Below are positions 49,658-54,755 of a DNA stretch of 54,755 nucleotides, one piece after another (positions within the stretch are counted from its first letter, which is position 1; each line of letters opens with the position of its first letter). The translations under genes were made by a program, and so were the position numbers. The notes beneath the pieces were generated by a model. That model was not told the DNA's origin. It ran no database searches and was given only the letters and a program-made list of their open reading frames with translations. Source of the stretch: a virus (taxonomy: Duplodnaviria; Caudoviricetes). The stretch lies in IMG/VR virus record IMGVR_UViG_3300025168_000110, positions 1-54,755 of that record. The stretch is one strand, 5' to 3'.

Positions 49658-49984
49658 CTACTCTTTTGCTCCCTTTTCCTCCTCTTGACCTTCGTTATCT
49701 TTATCAGACGCATGCTGATCGTCTAACTCTTTCATTCTTACCAATATATTTGCTGCTTCTGGAATATTCATACAATAAGAAAATAAGCTTCTTCTAAATT
49801 CTTTAATTTCTGACGGTGAGTCAGTACCATTGTAATCTTTATGCAGCCATGTAAGTAACGCTACCTCATGAGCATGTAATGCTTCAGATAACGCTTTTAA
49901 AGTATCACTAACAGGTTTTTCAACCTTATACTTTTCTCCCATAATGTTAATCTTTTCTTTTGGTTCTTTTTTCTTTGTTGCCAT
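49658..49984 (-). CDS. Hypothetical protein
   Basis: ORF track. Confidence 0.55.
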   Translation of the reverse strand: MATKKKEPKEKINIMGEKYKVEKPVSDTLKALSEALHAHEVALLTWLHKDYNGTDSPSEIKEFRRSLFSYCMNIPEAANILVRMKELDDQHASDKDNEGQEEEKGAKE

Positions 49985-49992
49985 ATTTAATT

Positions 49993-50361
49993 TTAATTTG
50001 TTACTTTTATTTCTACTCCTGGATTTTCTTTATCATAAACATAATCTTCAAATGAAGGTTTTATAAATTCACAATTATCATCTTCTATCCATTCGTATTT
50101 AACCATTAGATCTTGTACTGTTTGAGCTGGATTTATATAATCAAATTTTCTTCTACTTTTTCTAAAGAATTTAAAGCTCACTTCATACGGTGGTTTTTTT
50201 TCTTTTATTAATTCTAAGAATTTTTCTTTATTCTCAACCCACTCTTGTTTTGAGTCTTTTATGTAATTCATCGTTGTTTTAGAGTGGATTAAATACTTTC
50301 CTGTCCATCGTTTTCCGTTCTTACTAGATGGGACATTTCCTGCTATAAATATCTCTGCCAT
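49993..50361 (-). CDS. RusA-like Holliday junction resolvase
   Basis: GNVPSSKN, RRKFDYIN...VQDLM...IEDDN, ENPGVEI. Confidence 0.7.
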   Translation of the reverse strand: MAEIFIAGNVPSSKNGKRWTGKYLIHSKTTMNYIKDSKQEWVENKEKFLELIKEKKPPYEVSFKFFRKSRRKFDYINPAQTVQDLMVKYEWIEDDNCEFIKPSFEDYVYDKENPGVEIKVTN

Positions 50362-50365
50362 ATTG

Positions 50366-50373
50366 CAAAGATA
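50366..50373 (-). promoter_or_regulatory. Bacteroidota -7 element (TATCTTTG), leaderless
   Basis: 4 nt before ATG at 50361. Confidence 0.6.
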
Positions 50374-50382
50374 ACAATAAAT

Positions 50383-50484
50383 TTGAGAGTTTCACCTTTA
50401 GAGTTGTGGCGCACTTAAATCTTAAAAGCTTAACCTGTCTAGCAGGACACTTACCTGACGCTAGGGGATCTGTTATCTCTCTCA
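50383..50484 (-). ncRNA. Candidate structured RNA between ssb and resolvase
   Basis: Closing stem UGAGAG/CUCUCA, inner CUAG..CAGG/CCUG-CUAG hairpin, GC-richer than the genome; family not recognised. Confidence 0.35.
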
Positions 50485-50495
50485 TTTATATTTAT

Positions 50496-51101
50496 TTAGA
50501 AGGGCATATCTTCATCGTTATTGTCTTCGCTTAAAGATGTTATTGTGCTTTCATTAACACTATTGTTTGTGTCAGCCCATTCTTTGTGTTTCTTGGCAAA
50601 TTCAATTCTTGCAGGTGTGTCTAAAACTTGATTCATGTCTGCATTGTAAGTACATTTTCCTCCTTCTTTAGAACTCCATCTATACCCTACAGAAGTTCTA
50701 ATAACAGGCTCTCCTGTTCCTTTTACTATTGTAGTATATTCTTGAGACGTAAGACATATCATTAATGTTTTGTCTACAGCTTCATTCATAGCTTTGCTGT
50801 CGTCTGAAAAATCTTGTACACCACAATTTATTAAGAAATCTCTTAATTGTTTTATTTTCCAATCTTTAGATGTTTGCCTGTCTGTTTCTTTAACTGCCCA
50901 AAACCTACATTTACCTACTTCTCCAGATGCAGCTGTTACTAAAAAGTCTATAAACGGACTTCCAGTATAGCTATCTAATTGATCAGAAGTCTTAATACCC
51001 GTAACTGTACACAGATGTGCTCCTGGGTTAAGGTATTCAAATCTTTGCCCTTTAGCAGATCCTGTTGTTGTGACATTTAAGTCAAATGGTAATACTTTCA
51101 T
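50496..51101 (-). CDS. Single-stranded DNA-binding protein (OB-fold, DUF669-like)
   Basis: PGAH.C.V..IK N-terminal motif and acidic C-terminal tail DNNDEDMPF; next to annealase. Confidence 0.65.
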   Translation of the reverse strand: MKVLPFDLNVTTTGSAKGQRFEYLNPGAHLCTVTGIKTSDQLDSYTGSPFIDFLVTAASGEVGKCRFWAVKETDRQTSKDWKIKQLRDFLINCGVQDFSDDSKAMNEAVDKTLMICLTSQEYTTIVKGTGEPVIRTSVGYRWSSKEGGKCTYNADMNQVLDTPARIEFAKKHKEWADTNNSVNESTITSLSEDNNDEDMPF

Positions 51102-51595
51102 TATTTATTGTTTTTAATTTTCCAGTTAATATAATTTGTTAGCGTTACACCATCAAACACTAATTTGTTCTTTTCGGGAATATATGGATACTCTTTCCCG
51201 TTAGTATGTTTTTGTGTTTTAAGCGTTTGTATTGGCAGTCTATATAAGAATCTACCTATACCCCAAGATACACATGCACGTTTAAAAGCATCTGATACAT
51301 GACCTTTATCTTTTTCTACATTAGACTCTGAACCTGTGTCTGATTTCCATACCCACTGATTATATGCAACTTCAGATTCATTGTCTTTTGAATCACAACA
51401 AATACCTATTTTACAAAATAGTAATCCATTTTCTTCATAGAATATACTTTGCCAGTTTTCAGGACCTACTACTTCATCTAGTAAGTCTTGACAATCTCTT
51501 GCATCTATATAGGCAACGCAATTTGCTTTACCATATTTTGATGACTGTACCCTCCATTTAAAAGGAAGTTCTTTTTTTAAATCTTCTAATTTCAT
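51101..51595 (-). CDS. Rad52/Sak-like single-strand annealing protein
   Basis: AYIDARD...LDEVVG..NWQ, WVWKSDTG, EKDKGHVSDAFKRA.V.WGIGRFLY. Confidence 0.85.
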   Translation of the reverse strand: MKLEDLKKELPFKWRVQSSKYGKANCVAYIDARDCQDLLDEVVGPENWQSIFYEENGLLFCKIGICCDSKDNESEVAYNQWVWKSDTGSESNVEKDKGHVSDAFKRACVSWGIGRFLYRLPIQTLKTQKHTNGKEYPYIPEKNKLVFDGVTLTNYINWKIKNNK

Positions 51596-51831
51596 TTTTC
51601 TTTTTCTTTCTTTTGATTTTTCTTAATCTTTTTTATTGCCGACAACGCAATAACGAATTTTACAAAGCGCCTTATCATAATAGGCCTACCTCTTAGTATA
51701 AGAGTAACTGCTATTTCTTTAAAAGTTAATAGTAATACTTCTTTTACAAGTGCTTTGTTAATACCTAAATCATAAGCAATCTCTGCCGCTATGTCTCTTA
51801 CTCTTGATTTTTCTCTGTTTTTTTGTTCCAT
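51592..51831 (-). CDS. HU/IHF-like DNA-binding protein
   Basis: IA..IAYDLGINKALVKEVL...I...L..GRPIMIRRFVKF. Confidence 0.6.
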   Translation of the reverse strand: MEQKNREKSRVRDIAAEIAYDLGINKALVKEVLLLTFKEIAVTLILRGRPIMIRRFVKFVIALSAIKKIKKNQKKEKEK

Positions 51832-51838
51832 TTAGGAG

Positions 51839-51869
51839 CAAATATACATATTTAATTTTTATCTCCAAA
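51839..51869 (-). promoter_or_regulatory. Complete Bacteroidota promoter TTTG-N19-TATATTTG
   Basis: Minus strand TTTG 51869-51866, 19-nt spacer, TATATTTG 51846-51839, 7 nt before ATG 51831. Confidence 0.75.
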
Positions 51870-52013
51870 CAATTGAACAGCTAAATAAATAGGGACAACG
51901 ATTAATGTACTCAAAATTAATGAGAACATAAGAGGTGTCGCTATAAATATAAATCCTGTTATTGTTGCAATAGATAATATAGGATATTTTGAAAATATCT
52001 TAAATTTATTCAT
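51852..52013 (-). CDS. Small membrane protein (53 aa; not in ORF track)
   Basis: MNKFKIFSKYPILSIATITGFIFIATPLMFSLILSTLIVVPIYLAVQLFGDKN; start overlaps dnaB stop. Confidence 0.55.
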   Translation of the reverse strand: MNKFKIFSKYPILSIATITGFIFIATPLMFSLILSTLIVVPIYLAVQLFGDKN

Positions 52014-53289
52014 AATCTTCAAATTTAGTTAATTCACTTATAAATTTTAAAGTCACTTCACCGACTCCAATATTTCTGCCTTTCGCAAATATAATACTAG
52101 CTATACCTTTTGCGTTATTACCTGCATCGTCATATTCTAATCCATAGTACTCAGGACGATATATAAGCATAACTACATCTGCAGCCTGCTCTATCTCACC
52201 TGATTCTCTAAGATCAGAAAGTGTGGGCTTACTGTTGTTTCTCATACCTACACCTCTATTTAACTGACTTAATGCTATTACTGTTATATTAAGCTCTTTA
52301 GCAAGATTCTTTAACTTACGCGCAACCTTACTAACTTCTTGCTCTCTTGACAGTCCTTTAGCGCTATATGATACTAATTGTAAATAGTCTACCATAACTA
52401 ATTTAACGCCTCTATTTTTAACATATTCTTTTATTCTGTATACTAAGTAATTTAGTGATGTGATGTTACACTCATCTACATTTAGCGGAATGTTTTCTAA
52501 GACAGTTGTAGCGTCATGTATTCGCTTTAACTCTTCATCATTTAAAGTACCGTTAGATATGTAATTATTTGAAACTCCTGATTCAACAGATGTTAATCTT
52601 TTAAGAAGTTGATTACTACTCATTTCGTAAGAAAATATTACTGTAGGAGTATCTCCATATTTAGCTGCATTATAAGCCAAGGCTAAAGCAAAACTTGTTT
52701 TACCCATAGAAGACGCACCGCCAACAATAATTAAATCTGTTTCTTGCCAGCCTCCTGTAAACTTATCTATATCTCTAAATCCTGTAGGAGTACCAATTAG
52801 GCCTTCTGTATTCATTCTAACTTCTATGTCTCCAAGCATGTTTCTTAATTGCTTTTTTAAATCTGCAAGCTCTTCGCCAGAAGACATATTTATTTTAGAA
52901 ATGTCTTTTTGTATATTACCAATAATAACTTCTAATTCTTCTCTATCTGTAAGTTGATTATTTACATTACACACTATACCTAGAAGAACTCTTTTCTGAA
53001 ACTCTTCTTGCAGTATAGCTATACAAGTTTTGGCTTCTGTAAAAGAATAAGCTTCTTCTGTTATTTCTGACAGTTGTAATACAACATTATCTCCTTTTAT
53101 AAGTTTACCTAAAGTTAATATGTCTACGGTTTCACCTCTATCTTTTTGCTTTAAAAGCGCAAGATAAATAGATTTGTGAAATGGTATATTAAATAAATCT
53201 TCATGCAAAAGATTTGCATACTTATCATAAACAGTTTCTTCAATTATAATTTTACCTAAAAGAGTTTGTTCTATTTCAAAATTTGTCAT
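52006..53289 (-). CDS. dnaB: Replicative DNA helicase DnaB
   Basis: PTGF..ID, GASSMGKT (Walker A), FSYEM, VDYLQL, LSQLNR, LSDLRESGEIEQAAD. Confidence 0.95.
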   Translation of the reverse strand: MTNFEIEQTLLGKIIIEETVYDKYANLLHEDLFNIPFHKSIYLALLKQKDRGETVDILTLGKLIKGDNVVLQLSEITEEAYSFTEAKTCIAILQEEFQKRVLLGIVCNVNNQLTDREELEVIIGNIQKDISKINMSSGEELADLKKQLRNMLGDIEVRMNTEGLIGTPTGFRDIDKFTGGWQETDLIIVGGASSMGKTSFALALAYNAAKYGDTPTVIFSYEMSSNQLLKRLTSVESGVSNNYISNGTLNDEELKRIHDATTVLENIPLNVDECNITSLNYLVYRIKEYVKNRGVKLVMVDYLQLVSYSAKGLSREQEVSKVARKLKNLAKELNITVIALSQLNRGVGMRNNSKPTLSDLRESGEIEQAADVVMLIYRPEYYGLEYDDAGNNAKGIASIIFAKGRNIGVGEVTLKFISELTKFEDYE

Positions 53290-53310
53290 AATGTATTTTT
53301 AAGGGAAGGG

Positions 53311-53318
53311 CGAATATA
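53311..53318 (-). promoter_or_regulatory. Variant -7 element (TATATTCG) upstream of dnaB
   Basis: One mismatch to TAnnTTTG, intergenic, same ATGTATATT context as the 51839 promoter. Confidence 0.45.
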
Positions 53319-53324
53319 CATATA

Positions 53325-53576
53325 TTATTCATTGTATTTTCTTTTAGCATCAGCTTTATCTTCTAAAGCATTTTCTCTCATTCTATCATTATATTCATCT
53401 ATAGGTTCTAAATCTATTTCATCTAGCCAATCATTACAATCTAGACATTCGTAACCCTCTGAGTCTGTATGCTCTTTACATTCATAGCATATTCCTGAGT
53501 CTGATATTTGAGCGGAGCAGCACCAACTTACAGTGCTCTCCTCATATTCTGACCCACAACATTTACTTACTAACAT
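53325..53576 (-). CDS. Small Cys-rich zinc-finger protein
   Basis: SKCC, SWCC, CYECKEH, CLDC. Confidence 0.6.
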   Translation of the reverse strand: MLVSKCCGSEYEESTVSWCCSAQISDSGICYECKEHTDSEGYECLDCNDWLDEIDLEPIDEYNDRMRENALEDKADAKRKYNE

Positions 53577-53577
53577 A

Positions 53578-53874
53578 TTATTCGTATTTAAAGTTAACTA
53601 TCTCTTGTTTGTATTCTTCAGCACGATTGTGTCTTTCGTACCATTTTTTTCCTCTAAGAGTTTTATCAACTTCTTGAAGTTTTCTTCTAGCTCTTGTTAT
53701 AGAGTCAGCGCTAGACAGTATTTTATTACTTAAGTATAAATCAAAGAAGTCTTCTAAATTTTTATCTTTAGGCATTTGCCAGCTCCACACTAAAATACAT
53801 AGTGATCTATCACTATCTTTAGCAGTTCTAGATATATTTAGTATTTGTCTAACTAATTTATGCAGCTTATTCAT
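53578..53874 (-). CDS. Conserved phage hypothetical protein (SITRARRKLQE)
   Basis: ORF track. Confidence 0.55.
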   Translation of the reverse strand: MNKLHKLVRQILNISRTAKDSDRSLCILVWSWQMPKDKNLEDFFDLYLSNKILSSADSITRARRKLQEVDKTLRGKKWYERHNRAEEYKQEIVNFKYE

Positions 53875-54128
53875 ATTACTGGTATTGTTCCTAATTTTTC
53901 AAATGTAGTAGATATAGCTCCGCCATCATTACCTTCATCGTCCATCATTGGCACTAACCAATATTTATTATCTAATTGAATAGCTATTGGTCTCTTATAC
54001 CATCCAGAGTCTTCCATTTCTACTCTAGTCATATACTCTACTTTTGTTATTTTCTTGCCAACTAAATGTTTAGCAATTTTTTCTGTCCAGTATTGCTCTA
54101 CTGGTTTTCCTTCAATTTTGTATTCCAT
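53871..54128 (-). CDS. Conserved phage hypothetical protein (PMMDDEGNDGGA)
   Basis: ORF track. Confidence 0.55.
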   Translation of the reverse strand: MEYKIEGKPVEQYWTEKIAKHLVGKKITKVEYMTRVEMEDSGWYKRPIAIQLDNKYWLVPMMDDEGNDGGAISTTFEKLGTIPVI

Positions 54129-54277
54129 AATTCATTTGTTTTATTAAATTCTTTTATTAAGATATTTTCTTCATTATCTGATAATAATAAAGATCCTTGC
54201 ATGTATAAATTATGTAATTCAAAAATACTAGGACTATAACCAAATTTTTCTTTATAATTTTTTATTATTGTTTCCAT
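54098..54277 (-). CDS. Hypothetical protein (59 aa; not in ORF track)
   Basis: METIIKNYKEKFGYSPSIFELHNLYMQG... fills the gap. Confidence 0.45.
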   Translation of the reverse strand: METIIKNYKEKFGYSPSIFELHNLYMQGSLLLSDNEENILIKEFNKTNELWNTKLKENQ

Positions 54278-54285
54278 AATTTATT

Positions 54286-54513
54286 TTATATTACCCAACA
54301 TCCAGTGTCGGTTTCTGTTAAAATATAGTAGTCATCTTCTTCAAAATCTTCTTTATCTAAAAATTGGATTCCATTTACTACTAAATCATCAATGTTTAAT
54401 ATATTCAAATCAACATCTATTTCTATTAGATAATCAAATAGCTCTTCATAGTATTCGTCATCTATGTCTACACAGCAAGACATCATTAGTCTGTTTAAAT
54501 TAAATTCTTTCAT
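54286..54513 (-). CDS. Very acidic small protein
   Basis: ORF track; D/E-rich. Confidence 0.5.
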   Translation of the reverse strand: MKEFNLNRLMMSCCVDIDDEYYEELFDYLIEIDVDLNILNIDDLVVNGIQFLDKEDFEEDDYYILTETDTGCWVI

Positions 54514-54526
54514 AATTTATTTATTT

Positions 54527-54727
54527 TTATAGTGCTGCCCATCCAATAAAGTAAAAAGCTTTGATACCTTTCTTGCCTTTATAGCCTCTATTTTCTTTCA
54601 TTCTTTTTAATACTGCTCCTGTTATTTCTATACATACACAGTCTTCCCATTTTTGTGCAACATTAAGCATTTTATGTTCCCATTTTTCAAATGCTTTAGT
54701 TCCATATCGTGGATTATCATCACGCAT
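54527..54727 (-). CDS. Hypothetical protein
   Basis: ORF track. Confidence 0.45.
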   Translation of the reverse strand: MRDDNPRYGTKAFEKWEHKMLNVAQKWEDCVCIEITGAVLKRMKENRGYKGKKGIKAFYFIGWAAL

Positions 54728-54755
54728 TATAAAGCCCGATGTTGTTGATATTGTA

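Noticed and set aside
50383-50484. Assignment of the spacer to glycine or cobalamin riboswitch or hammerhead ribozyme
   Set aside because: Only fragments resemble them (AACUCUCA, GGUGAAA, CUGACG); core elements are missing or out of order
47637-53733. + strand ORFs inside the - strand module (47637, 50770, 51364, 53266, 53533) and - strand 49501-49713
   Set aside because: Shadows of real genes, or overlapping a hairpin and spacer

Overview
The whole window is a continuous segment of an AT-rich, crAss-like (Crassvirales-related) podophage genome that most likely infects a Bacteroidota host. The host call rests on TTTG-N19-TAnnTTTG promoters and A-rich leaders without Shine-Dalgarno sites; an aquatic Flavobacteriia host is an inference. 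The + strand (1-44522) carries the late/virion module in the typical crAss order: portal C-terminus, acidic scaffold-like protein, major capsid protein, conserved head/ring proteins, IHF-like protein, tail tubular protein, 2273-aa tail stabilization (muzzle) protein, three ejection/cargo proteins (two with peptidoglycan-hydrolase domains), and a 4000-aa virion RNA polymerase polyprotein (zincin HELGH motif, catalytic DLDGD). Small virion/fibre proteins, holin-like proteins, a DUF5675-like enzyme and a metallophosphoesterase follow. The - strand (44528-54755) is a replication/recombination module: DnaB, HU-like protein, Rad52/Sak-like annealase, SSB, RusA-like resolvase, RecE/DUF3799-like nuclease and DUF3310. 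It also carries groES-groEL and a spore-photoproduct-lyase-like radical SAM enzyme that keeps the catalytic residues. The best leads are: the phage SPL (possible repair of UV lesions formed in packaged DNA); the RNAi-RdRP-like DLDGD motif plus zincin and repeated [YF]xxGG motifs in a cargo protein; a candidate sRNA seed complementary to several phage leaders; a candidate structured RNA behind ssb; and nested domain insertions in tail proteins. All product calls come from motif recognition and gene order by eye. No database search was run.
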